Notes under the pieces: generated by a model
What the model saw: the letters and a program-made list of their open reading frames with translations, nothing else
Told to the model about the DNA's origin: nothing
Database searches by the model: none
NCBI GenBank assembly: GCA_965205485.1
Contig: OZ242180.1
Coordinates: 4,096,001-4,160,000, forward strand
Reading direction: 5' to 3'
Source: Candidatus Latescibacterota bacterium
GTDB taxonomy: Bacteria; Latescibacterota; UBA2968; GCA-2709665
Length of the DNA: 64,000 nt
Part shown: positions 1-9,325 of the stretch, one piece after another
How the letters are laid out: each line of letters starts with the position of its first letter
Position numbering within the stretch: position 1 is the first letter of the stretch
Translations under genes and position numbers: made by a program

Positions 1-3000
1 CGTGCTCCGACAGGAAACGCGTCCGGACGCCGCCGGAGGTTCGCTGGTGCGATATGAGCTTCAGTTGCTTTTCCATTTCGGAAAAGCGCCGGTCGGGAAC
101 CACCGCGTCCCACACCCGGCCCGCCGCCAGGTTTCTCATCTCCGCCGGCGTTCCCGTATACAGTAGACGCCCCTGGTCCAGAACCGCCAGCCGATTGCAG
201 CTTCCCGAGATATCTTCCACGATATGCGTGGAAAAAATCACAATGCGCTCCTGACTTAACCTGGCGAGCAGGTTGCGAAACCGGATGCGCTCCAGCGGAT
301 CCAGCCCCGCGGTGGGCTCGTCCACGACGACGATCAGCGGGGCGTGCAGGAGCGTCTGCGCGATGCCGAGGCGCTGTTTCATTCCGCCTGAAAAAGAACC
401 GATCGGATCGTCCCTTCGTTCGATCAGATTGACCTGCTCCAGAGATTCGATCACCCGGGTCTCGCGGGTCTTCCGGTCCTTGAAGCCCTCGAGCAGCGCT
501 CTGTACTCCAGAAATTCGAATGCCGAAAGGTGTCCGTAGTTGCCGAAGTGCTGCGGCAGGTACCCGATCAGTCCGTGGATCGTACCCTTGTTCAGGATGT
601 TTCTACCGTCGATCAGGATGGACCCGTAGCTGGGTTCGAGCACCCTGCAGAGAATACGCATCAACGTTGTCTTGCCGGCGCCGTTCGGACCCAGCAGACC
701 GAACATCCCCCTGCCGATTTCCAGGTTGACGCCCGCCAGCGCTCGAAATTCCGGCCGGGGAATGCCTATAAGTGGAACGGCCGACGCCAATCGATAAAAC
801 CACCGTCGCGGCCGCGCAAAACGTCCTGGCAGGTTATCGGGACTGATCTCGCCCGTCCGCACCCTGTCGGCGAGCCGGCGTAACAGGCGATAGACGGCCC
901 AGATCCCGAACGAGGCAAGTGTGACCGATAGCAGGTCCAGCCGCCAGTGTACGTAGGCGACAAATGCCAGCGGGAGAGCGGCTTTGTGCAGCAGTTTGAC
1001 GATGCGGGCGAACGGCGCCGGCGGATGCCATTGGCGGAGTTCTCCGATACATCGACCCACGTGGGATACCATAAAGGCCAACGCCAGCACGTGCAGATAG
1101 ATCCAGATTTCGTCTTCGAAATAGGTCGTGAACAACGACAACAGCGCGAGCATTGGCAGTTTCCAGAAGAGGGCATCGCGAACCGCCCTGCGGTCCCGCG
1201 GATCCAGGCCCGTTTTCATCAGCCGCCCCCGCCGGCGCTCGTCACGCGCCCACTCCCGCACAAAGCGCCCGGGCGCGCCATAAACCTTGGTGAGGTTCCT
1301 CAGCTGAATGGCGTGCACGGCGCTCGACACGCGGCGGGCTGCGACTCGCGCGTGATGTACCCGTTGAACGATCCACACTGCTGCCAGAAATGAGCCCCAG
1401 ATGGGCAATATGGACAGGCTCGTCCAGAAAATGCTCTCATATCGGACGTAAATGCCATATCCGGCCGCGGCGGTCGCCAGCAGTGAGAACGTGACGCCGG
1501 CAAACCCGATGCCGTCCAGCCAGTCACCGATCTGATCCAGCCCCATATATACAACAGGAATCAGAATCAATGTGGACATCATGGAAACCGACAGACCTCC
1601 CAGCACCGTGATTGCAAACGGCGGCCAGATCTCAAAATCGCCGCCGAATTCCAGCGCGAGCGGGAGAACGCCGAGCAGCGTCGTGGCCGTCGTCATGAGG
1701 ATGGGTCGCAGGCGGGACCTCGCTGCGGTCAGTACAGCGCGTTCGCGGCGGTACCCGAAACGGGACCTGAGTACACCGACCGCGTCGATCAGGATGATCC
1801 CGTTGTTCACGGCAATACCCAGCAGGACGATGAAGCCCAGGAGCGCCATGGGACCCTCCTGCTGGCTGAGGCCCGTTCCTGACATCATCAGCGCCCAGCA
1901 GGAGCCGATGGCGGCGGGCGGAAGCGTACACAGGATGATGATCGGAGACGAGAGCGATTCAAAAAGCGACGCCAGAATCATATAGATCAGAACCGCGGCT
2001 ATTGCCATCATCCAATAGTAAATCATCTCCTCATGCGCCTCGATGATTTCGATTGAATAACCCTCTGGCAGCACCATATCCTGCAGTGTCGTGCGTACGA
2101 CCCGCCTCGCGAGTTCCAGCCGTGGCTGTGAATCCAGGACTTCCGAAGGAAACCTGTAGGAAACCACGAGCCGGCGGGCCTGGTCGGTCCGCAGCAGGCT
2201 GCTTCTGCCCTCGTCAGTCCGGACCCGCGCCACCTCGTCCAGAGGTACATACTGGCCGGCCTGGTTCAGAATACGCGTCCGACGGAATTCAGCCAGCCCG
2301 TAACGGTCGCGGTCCTCCTCTTCGATTGTTCGCACTTCAATGGGTATCTCGGTCGCGTCGGGCAGCAGAAACGGAACGGTCGTACGGAATCCGTCCCATC
2401 GGGTGTCGCCCATTGCGGCGAGGACCTCCTGCGCGCCGAGCCGCCGGTCGAACAGGGCGGCCGCATCGGGCAAAACCTGAACCTCGGGCGAACTTCGTTC
2501 GGCGTCGGCACGTACACTGTTGGCATCCACTTCCTCGAGTTCCTCGAGCCTGTACGACACGTCGTTCGCAATCATCGTCAGTATCGTAAAGTCATATCCG
2601 CGTATCACAACCTGCTCGTTCGGAGCGGTCCCGGTCAGATCGAAGCCACCCGAGCTGCGTCTCCGGCGTTGACCTATCCCCTGCCCGCGGCCGCCCCTCC
2701 CCGCCCTGGACCTGCGTTCGTATCCCACGACGCCACCCTGTACATTCTGAAGCTTCTCGTCCAGCAGTTCCTTGATTTCATCCAGCGAGATTCCGCCGGG
2801 CCGGTCGGAACGGTTGAGCAACATGACGGTTACGTCGGCCTCGGCCTCCCGGACAGACGTCGTAAACCGGTCCAGTCCGGACACGTCCCGAACGGATTCC
2901 TCCACCTGTTTCACCACGTCATCCGTGGCATCCAGCGTGGACCCTTCCGGCAGATTCACGTAGACCGTAAAGCGCGTCTCTTCCCGCCTTACCTGCTGTT

Positions 3001-4621
3001 GAAGCAGGTAGAAGAAGGCCAGAACGAGCGTCAGCAGGAGGGCGCCGCCCACCGCCAGGACCACCGATGTGCGGTGGCGCAAGGCGGCCTTCAGCAGCAG
3101 GGTATACCGTTCCAGCAGACCGCGGACGTCCGGCGGCTTCCGGACCTCACGGCTCAGTGCGCGGACGGCAAGCGCGGGAACCAGTGTAAGCGCAACCAGC
3201 AGTGACGCCAGAAGCGGAAACACCATGGACAACGCGAGTTCGCGCAGCAGGTCCCGTGCGTCGCTTTCGATAAACAGAACGGGCAGGAATGCGGTTACCG
3301 TGGTTGCCGTTGCCGCGACCACGGCGCGCCCGACTTCGGAAGCCCCGTCACGTGCAGCGTGAGCCGGCGATTTGCCTCGCTCGTAGTGTTTGAAGATATT
3401 CTCCATCACCACGATGCCGTTGTCCGCGAGCATTCCCATCGCGAGGGCAAGGCCGCAGAGCGACAGCACGTTGACGGACAGCCCGCCCGCGTACATAAGA
3501 TTGAAGGTCATCAGAAGTGAAATCGGAATGGCCAGCAGGAGAACCGAAACAAAGCGAAGGTTACGAAGAAACAGAAAGAGTACGATCAGACCGAGTACGG
3601 CGCCGACGACGGCCGCCTGCTTCAGGGTGGAGAGCGCCCCGGTCATCAGGTCGGCCTGGGAGGAACTCACGCCCAGTTCCACACCTTCACTTTCCAGGTC
3701 CCGGTTCAGGCGCCCGACGGTGGCTTCCACCGCAGCGGCCACTTCGATCAGATTCGCTTCGTCATCCTTCTGGATCCGTACGCCCACCGACGGTTTGCCA
3801 TTGACTCTGTGCCGGTCGGCCTGCTCCTGAAGGCCGTGCCCGATTCGGGAGATGTCGCCCAGCCGGAGCGTGCCGTCTTCGTTCACGACGAGATCGCGAA
3901 TCTGTCGCAGGTCCGTGAACTGTCCCTGAATACTCACCGAATAGGCCCTGTTCCCGTCGAATACCCGGCCCAGGTACTCACGCCTCCGGTTATGGCTGTT
4001 CAGTCGCGTCCGTACCTGTCCCGCCGAAAGGCCGTGCGCCTCCAGCAGGATCGGATCCAGGACGATTTCCACGGCGCTGCGGCGCCCGCCCAATACGGAC
4101 ACGTTCACGACGCCGTCGACAGACTCCAGTTCGGGCCGGATCTTTTCCTCCGTGAACTCACGCAACGGGTTCAGGTCCCAGTCGGCAAGCACGTGAAGCT
4201 CCATAATACTGCTGCTGAGGTCTGTCGAATCGAACCTCCGTACATCGGTCTGCGTGCGCTCGGGCAACGCAGGCTGCAATCGGTTCAGGTTGCTCTGCAG
4301 CTGAAGAAGGGCGAATTTCATATCCACGTCGGGGGCGTAGGATATCCTGATACCGCCCCTGTTGGCCGCCGCGAACGATTCCATCTCCTGAACGCCGTCG
4401 AGTTTTCCAATCTCTCCTTCCACCGGAATCAGCAGGTCTCTCTCAACCTGCTCCGGAGAGGCCCCCTGCAGCGTCAGCGTGACAAACACCTCAGGAAAGA
4501 TCAGCTCGGGAAAGAGCTGAATCGGAAGCCTCGTCCACGACACGACGCCCAATATGGCGAATGCAGCGAAGAACATGGACGTGGTCACCGGCCGCCGGAC
4601 CGCAAGATCGGGGAGAATCAC
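1..4621 (-). CDS. RND (AcrB-family) permease fused to extra TM segments and a C-terminal ABC ATPase; 3'-partial, >1540 aa
   Basis: Manual translation from GTG 4621 (GTGA overlap with upstream stop): MILPDLAVRRPVTTSMFF..., TM4 GMLADNGIVVMENI, TM10 GIAVNNGIILID, RLRPILMTT. The same frame continues to Walker A GPNGAGKT (691-668), signature FSGGM (394-380), Walker B VVVDEP and H-loop STH. Frame checked at 4621, 2740, 1309, 691 and 10. Its absence from the ORF track is consistent with no stop before the edge. Confidence 0.9.
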   Translation of the reverse strand, partial: MILPDLAVRRPVTTSMFFAAFAILGVVSWTRLPIQLFPELIFPEVFVTLTLQGASPEQVERDLLIPVEGEIGKLDGVQEMESFAAANRGGIRISYAPDVDMKFALLQLQSNLNRLQPALPERTQTDVRRFDSTDLSSSIMELHVLADWDLNPLREFTEEKIRPELESVDGVVNVSVLGGRRSAVEIVLDPILLEAHGLSAGQVRTRLNSHNRRREYLGRVFDGNRAYSVSIQGQFTDLRQIRDLVVNEDGTLRLGDISRIGHGLQEQADRHRVNGKPSVGVRIQKDDEANLIEVAAAVEATVGRLNRDLESEGVELGVSSSQADLMTGALSTLKQAAVVGAVLGLIVLFLFLRNLRFVSVLLLAIPISLLMTFNLMYAGGLSVNVLSLCGLALAMGMLADNGIVVMENIFKHYERGKSPAHAARDGASEVGRAVVAATATTVTAFLPVLFIESDARDLLRELALSMVFPLLASLLVALTLVPALAVRALSREVRKPPDVRGLLERYTLLLKAALRHRTSVVLAVGGALLLTLVLAFFYLLQQQVRREETRFTVYVNLPEGSTLDATDDVVKQVEESVRDVSGLDRFTTSVREAEADVTVMLLNRSDRPGGISLDEIKELLDEKLQNVQGGVVGYERRSRAGRGGRGQGIGQRRRRSSGGFDLTGTAPNEQVVIRGYDFTILTMIANDVSYRLEELEEVDANSVRADAERSSPEVQVLPDAAALFDRRLGAQEVLAAMGDTRWDGFRTTVPFLLPDATEIPIEVRTIEEEDRDRYGLAEFRRTRILNQAGQYVPLDEVARVRTDEGRSSLLRTDQARRLVVSYRFPSEVLDSQPRLELARRVVRTTLQDMVLPEGYSIEIIEAHEEMIYYWMMAIAAVLIYMILASLFESLSSPIIILCTLPPAAIGSCWALMMSGTGLSQQEGPMALLGFIVLLGIAVNNGIILIDAVGVLRSRFGYRRERAVLTAARSRLRPILMTTATTLLGVLPLALEFGGDFEIWPPFAITVLGGLSVSMMSTLILIPVVYMGLDQIGDWLDGIGFAGVTFSLLATAAAGYGIYVRYESIFWTSLSILPIWGSFLAAVWIVQRVHHARVAARRVSSAVHAIQLRNLTKVYGAPGRFVREWARDERRRGRLMKTGLDPRDRRAVRDALFWKLPMLALLSLFTTYFEDEIWIYLHVLALAFMVSHVGRCIGELRQWHPPAPFARIVKLLHKAALPLAFVAYVHWRLDLLSVTLASFGIWAVYRLLRRLADRVRTGEISPDNLPGRFARPRRWFYRLASAVPLIGIPRPEFRALAGVNLEIGRGMFGLLGPNGAGKTTLMRILCRVLEPSYGSILIDGRNILNKGTIHGLIGYLPQHFGNYGHLSAFEFLEYRALLEGFKDRKTRETRVIESLEQVNLIERRDDPIGSFSGGMKQRLGIAQTLLHAPLIVVVDEPTAGLDPLERIRFRNLLARLSQERIVIFSTHIVEDISGSCNRLAVLDQGRLLYTGTPAEMRNLAAGRVWDAVVPDRRFSEMEKQLKLISHQRTSGGVRTRFLSEH

Positions 4622-7600
4622 GCCGCACTCCTGTTTCTGAGCCGCTCGATCAGTTCGTAAACAACCGGAATCACCACCAGGGTCATCAACGTGGACGTGA
4701 CCAATCCGCCGATGACCGCCACCGCCATTGGCGCCCGCAGACGCGCGCCTTCACCCACACCCACCGCCATGGGCAACAGCGCGAGAATGGTTGTGGCGCT
4801 GGTCATCAGGATCGGACGGAGCCGATCCTGCGCACCCTGGAGTACGGCCGTTCTGACGTCGGACGCATTTCGCCGCAGCTGGTTGATGTGGTCCACCAGA
4901 ATGATGGCGTCGTTGACGGCGATGCCGCCCAGCATAATCGCTCCGATGAATGCCATCACGCCGAATGCCTCACCCAGACCCCAGAATGCGAACACCACCC
5001 CGATGCCGGCCAACGGCACTGTCAGCATGACGGTAAACGGATGCAGCAAAGACTCGAAGAGCGACGCCATGACCATGTAAACGAGCACGACGGACAACAG
5101 CAGGGCGAACTGCAGGCCTCCGAATGATTCGGCCCGCTCACGTTCCTCTCCGGTGATGGTTACACGATATCCGTGAGGAATGGCCATCTGCCCCACCGCC
5201 TGCCTGATCTGCGCCGCCGCCTGGCTCAAGACCATGCCTTCGGCCAGAAACGCGGATACCCTCCCCACCCTGCGCTGCCCGTCACGCAGGATTTCTCTTG
5301 GACCCTGGACCACGCGAAGATCGGCGAGATCTCCCAGCGTGAGCATCGCGCCGTCCGGACCGTCGATTCTGGCGTGTTCCAGCTCACGAAGGTCCACGTC
5401 TGCGAAGCCCACCCGGATGGTTCGCTCGCGCTGGTCTTTGGAGAGTTCGCCGGCTTCCTCCCCGCCCAGTCTGCGCTCGAGTTCACGCACGAGGTTCTGC
5501 GAGGTAAGGCCGAACGCCGCGGTGACATCCGGCCGCAACACGACGTCCAATTCGGGCTGGCCATCCTGAAAGCTCGTTCGGACATTATACACCGTCGACA
5601 ACACGTCCATGCGCTGTTTCAGATCTGCCGTCAGTTCCCGAAGCAGTACCAGGTTCTCGCCACTCACCTCCACCTGTACCGGTGCGGCGCCTCCACGTAC
5701 AAGTCCTTCCAACGCAGATTTATGGAGTCGATAGTTAACTTTGATATTCGGCACGTCCAGGAGGGCCGCATCCAGTGCGGCGGTGAGTTCGGTGACACCA
5801 CGACGGCCCGCTTGCGGGCCCAGGACGACCGTCAGTTCGGCCCGGTTCGGACCCGTGGGCTCTCCCACGGCCGTGAACCGGTTCGGATCTGTTCCCACCC
5901 GCAGGTAGATGTGCAGGGCTTCCTCTCCGGCAACCGCCTGCGCAATAGCCGCGACGCGTCTCCCCACCCTGTCTGTTGACTCGAGTCTCGTGCCCTCCGG
6001 CATCGCGAGGTCCACGTGGAGTACACCCTCGTCTTCCGTGGGAATGAACGACGTATGGAGGGACGTGGCCATATGGAAGGCCGCCACAAGGCAGGCGATC
6101 AGTACCGCTATCGTGCGGCCCTTGCGGTTGAGCGACGCATCCAGAAACCGTCTGAACGTCCGCGCCCCGGCGACCCCCGTGGACCCGCGCGGATACCGCC
6201 TGAACAGCCGTGCGGTCATCATGGGGACCACCGTCATCGCCACGGCGAGAGATGAAACCAGTGAAAACGCCACGGTCCAGGCCTGTTCCTTGAAGAGTTC
6301 GCCCGCCAGCCCTTGAAGATACACGATGGGAAGAAACACGGACACCGTCGTCAGCGTGGAAGCCAGTATCGCGACCCCGACCTCGCCGGCGCCCTTGACG
6401 GAGGCTGCTGCGGCTGTTTCACCACTTTCGATATGCCGGTAGATGTTCTCAATTACGACAATGGCGTTATCCACCAGCATGCCGGCGCCGAGTGCGAGAC
6501 CGCCAAGGGTCATTACGTTCAACGTCAACCCCTGGAAATACATCAGCGTGAACGTGGCGAGAACGGAAATCGGAATGGCAAGGCCAATCACCAGCGTTGC
6601 AGTCCATTGCCGGAGCGCGGCAAGCAGCACGCCCACGGCCAGAAACGCGCCGATGACAGCCGCCTCTTCAACTTCGCTTACCGCGCGTTCGACAAAGCGT
6701 GCCTGGTTTTCCACCACCGTAAACCGGATGCCGGCCAGATCGGCTTCCAGGCTCCCCAGTTCCTGCAGTACCCCGTTCACCACTGAAGAGGTATTCGCGC
6801 CGGCTTCCTTGTAGACCGAAAGTCCTACGCACTCCATGCCGTCCAGACGGACGATGGTTTCCCGTTCCTTATACTGGAGGGCCACGGTACCCACGTCGCT
6901 GACCGTGACCGGCACGCGCTGAGTCGATGCGTTTTCTCCGCCGTTCGAAGATTCGCCGCTGCGTTCGCCGACAACCAGGTCGTTCACGTCCGCCAGGTCG
7001 GTCAGCCGTCCCAGGCCCTTTACCAGATAGGATTGCTGGCCGTCCTTCAGCGTTCCTCCGGAGACATCCGAATTCGCTTCACGAATCCGCGAGACCACCG
7101 TTGCGGAATTGACGCCGAACGCTTGCAGGAGATAGGAATCCAGTGTGACGCGGATCTCCTTTTCGGCTCCCCCTTCGATTTCAACCGAAGCCACCCCCGA
7201 CAGCCCCTCGAGCCTGGGCCGGATGATCGTCTCCACACTGCCCAGCAATTCATCTGGATCCTGCCAGTCCGCCCCCGAAACAGCCAGACGCATCACCGGC
7301 AATGCCTGCGGGTCTTCCTGCGTAACGTCCAGACTCGTGATATCGGGGTCCGATGCGTACCGCGCCACTTTCTTCTGCACGTCGAGAACCGCGAAATCCA
7401 TGTCCGCATCCCACTCGAACTCCGCGATCACCACGGCCTGCCCGGAGCGGGACACGGAATGTACGCGTTTCACGTGCCGTACCGTACCGATGTCCCCTTC
7501 CAGGCGCTGCGCGTACCGTTCCTCCATCTCCCGGGGCGTCTTTCCGGGAAAACGCAGGTCGACGGTGATCACGGGAGAACGCAGGTCGGGCAACAGGTCC

Positions 7601-7701
7601 ACATCCAGCCGGTCCAGCGAGATCCAGCCGAGGAGCGCTACCGCCAGCGTCGCCATCGCGACCGTCACGGGATATTTCGTGGAAAATTCGGGCAATGACA
7701 T
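4618..7701 (-). CDS. RND efflux permease (AcrB/AcrD/AcrF family)
   Basis: ~1027 aa with GMLVDNAIVVIENI and RLRPILMTS. Start moved to ATG 7701 (MSLPEF) because the upstream extension lies in the MITE. Confidence 0.95.
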   Translation of the reverse strand: MSLPEFSTKYPVTVAMATLAVALLGWISLDRLDVDLLPDLRSPVITVDLRFPGKTPREMEERYAQRLEGDIGTVRHVKRVHSVSRSGQAVVIAEFEWDADMDFAVLDVQKKVARYASDPDITSLDVTQEDPQALPVMRLAVSGADWQDPDELLGSVETIIRPRLEGLSGVASVEIEGGAEKEIRVTLDSYLLQAFGVNSATVVSRIREANSDVSGGTLKDGQQSYLVKGLGRLTDLADVNDLVVGERSGESSNGGENASTQRVPVTVSDVGTVALQYKERETIVRLDGMECVGLSVYKEAGANTSSVVNGVLQELGSLEADLAGIRFTVVENQARFVERAVSEVEEAAVIGAFLAVGVLLAALRQWTATLVIGLAIPISVLATFTLMYFQGLTLNVMTLGGLALGAGMLVDNAIVVIENIYRHIESGETAAAASVKGAGEVGVAILASTLTTVSVFLPIVYLQGLAGELFKEQAWTVAFSLVSSLAVAMTVVPMMTARLFRRYPRGSTGVAGARTFRRFLDASLNRKGRTIAVLIACLVAAFHMATSLHTSFIPTEDEGVLHVDLAMPEGTRLESTDRVGRRVAAIAQAVAGEEALHIYLRVGTDPNRFTAVGEPTGPNRAELTVVLGPQAGRRGVTELTAALDAALLDVPNIKVNYRLHKSALEGLVRGGAAPVQVEVSGENLVLLRELTADLKQRMDVLSTVYNVRTSFQDGQPELDVVLRPDVTAAFGLTSQNLVRELERRLGGEEAGELSKDQRERTIRVGFADVDLRELEHARIDGPDGAMLTLGDLADLRVVQGPREILRDGQRRVGRVSAFLAEGMVLSQAAAQIRQAVGQMAIPHGYRVTITGEERERAESFGGLQFALLLSVVLVYMVMASLFESLLHPFTVMLTVPLAGIGVVFAFWGLGEAFGVMAFIGAIMLGGIAVNDAIILVDHINQLRRNASDVRTAVLQGAQDRLRPILMTSATTILALLPMAVGVGEGARLRAPMAVAVIGGLVTSTLMTLVVIPVVYELIERLRNRSAA

Positions 7702-7715
7702 CGTATCGGCCCTTA

Positions 7716-7927
7716 GAAGCTGCCTTAAAATTCCCAGCGGTCTTCGCACGGCTGCAAAAGCGCCGGTCGGCGTTGGTCAAACCCACCCAAGAGTGGCGAG
7801 GGGCGCGCAGCCACGATACATTGGAGATGGGTGGATTTTCCCGTCGGCGCTGCGCGCCCCTCGCGCCTCATAACCGGCACTTTTTCGCTCGCGCTCGGGA
7901 ACTCACCGGTAATTTTAAGACAGCTTC
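7716..7927. mobile_element. MITE copy 1 (212 bp)
   Basis: TIRs GAAGCTGCCTTAAAATT / AATTTTAAGACAGCTTC, TTA direct repeats at 7713-7715 and 7928-7930, internal similarity to copies 2 and 3. Confidence 0.85.
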
Positions 7928-8198
7928 TTATTGAATGAGCGTTGGTTGCTTTGGCTCAGTAACCGTGATTAACATGAATGACCTCGATCGAAGGAGCAAA
8001 CTCCCGCAAGCAAATGTGACACCGCCCGGTAACGAGGTTGGTCGGGGGTGAAAAAACCCCTCCGGAAGGCCCACACGCTGTCCCTGGGCCCCAGAGGGGT
8101 CCAATCGAGAAAGCTCACGATGATTCGTTCGCTGCGGACGGTATCTCTCGAGTCGGCAATGGACTGTCAGGACGACGGACGTTCGTAGCGCGTATTCA

Positions 8199-9281
8199 TC
8201 ACTGCCGCCCCGCCGCGTCCTCCCCGGTTACCCGCACGCGCGTACGGGACCGCAGCGTCTCGTAGTTGCTGGTAATGAGGCGCTCGCCCGGTTCAAGCCC
8301 TTCGAGAATCTCGACCTGCTCCGGTCCCTCCAATCCCAGCCTTACGTCGCGCATCTGCGCCCGCCCCTCCTCCTCGACGAACACCACCTTGCGATTCTGG
8401 CGCGTCAGGACGAAACGTCGCGGGATCACCACCGCATCCTCGTGAGACTCTGTGACAATCTCTGCCTTCACGAACATCCCCGGCCGTAACATCAGGTTAG
8501 GATTTTTCACCGCCCCCACCACCCGGAACGTACGCGTCGCCGGATCGATGGCCGGGTCGACCACCTTGACGGTCCCCAGAAACCGTCGGTTGGGCAATGC
8601 GTAGTTCTCCACGCGCAAGACCTGCCCCGGTGAAACGGATACAATATATGCGTTCGGAACCTTGAGATCGACGAGTACCTGGTTGTAGTCCATCACCGTT
8701 GCAATGGTCGTGCGGGCCTCCACCATCGTACCCTCGGTAATATCGGCCAATCCTGTCAGAAAGCCGGTGATTGGCGTCCGAATCGTCGTCTTGGCGATCT
8801 GAACGAGAGCGTCTTCATAGTTGGATTCGGCCTCGGCGAGGGCCCGGCGCGCTTCGTCCAGATCCTTCACCGTGCTCAGTTTACGGTCGACAAGAACTTC
8901 CTGCTCGCTCAATGTTTGCTTCGCGACGGCGCGCGCAAGATCGCGGGATTCCAGACGGGCGTTTACGACAAGCTCCTTGTTCACAAGCCGGGCGATTACC
9001 TGGTTCCGGGTCACCCGCATTCCCTCCGTCGCCCGTCCTCCGACGCCCCGCGCCACATATTGGATAATTCCCTCGACCTCGGTCTGAATACGGGCTTCTC
9101 TGAAGGGCCGGAGCGTGCCCGTGGCCGCCACCGTCGCCTCCATGGTGTCCAGATGCACCGCCTGAACCGTTACGGGGACGGTCAGATCCACGGACCGCTG
9201 TTCGGTCTGCCCGCCGCATCCGGCCAGAATGGCAACAGCGGTGAATACCATACCATAACCGATCAGGACTCTTTTGTTCAA
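8199..9281 (-). CDS. RND periplasmic adaptor (membrane fusion protein), lipoprotein
   Basis: Lipobox LAGC; TTIRTPITG, VDPAIDPATRTF and LRPGMFV MFP motifs; GAGGTG RBS before TTG. Confidence 0.93.
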   Translation of the reverse strand: MNKRVLIGYGMVFTAVAILAGCGGQTEQRSVDLTVPVTVQAVHLDTMEATVAATGTLRPFREARIQTEVEGIIQYVARGVGGRATEGMRVTRNQVIARLVNKELVVNARLESRDLARAVAKQTLSEQEVLVDRKLSTVKDLDEARRALAEAESNYEDALVQIAKTTIRTPITGFLTGLADITEGTMVEARTTIATVMDYNQVLVDLKVPNAYIVSVSPGQVLRVENYALPNRRFLGTVKVVDPAIDPATRTFRVVGAVKNPNLMLRPGMFVKAEIVTESHEDAVVIPRRFVLTRQNRKVVFVEEEGRAQMRDVRLGLEGPEQVEILEGLEPGERLITSNYETLRSRTRVRVTGEDAAGRQ

Positions 9282-9325
9282 GTTTCACCTCATAAAAGGG
9301 TTATAACTCGCTGTTCACCATTGGA

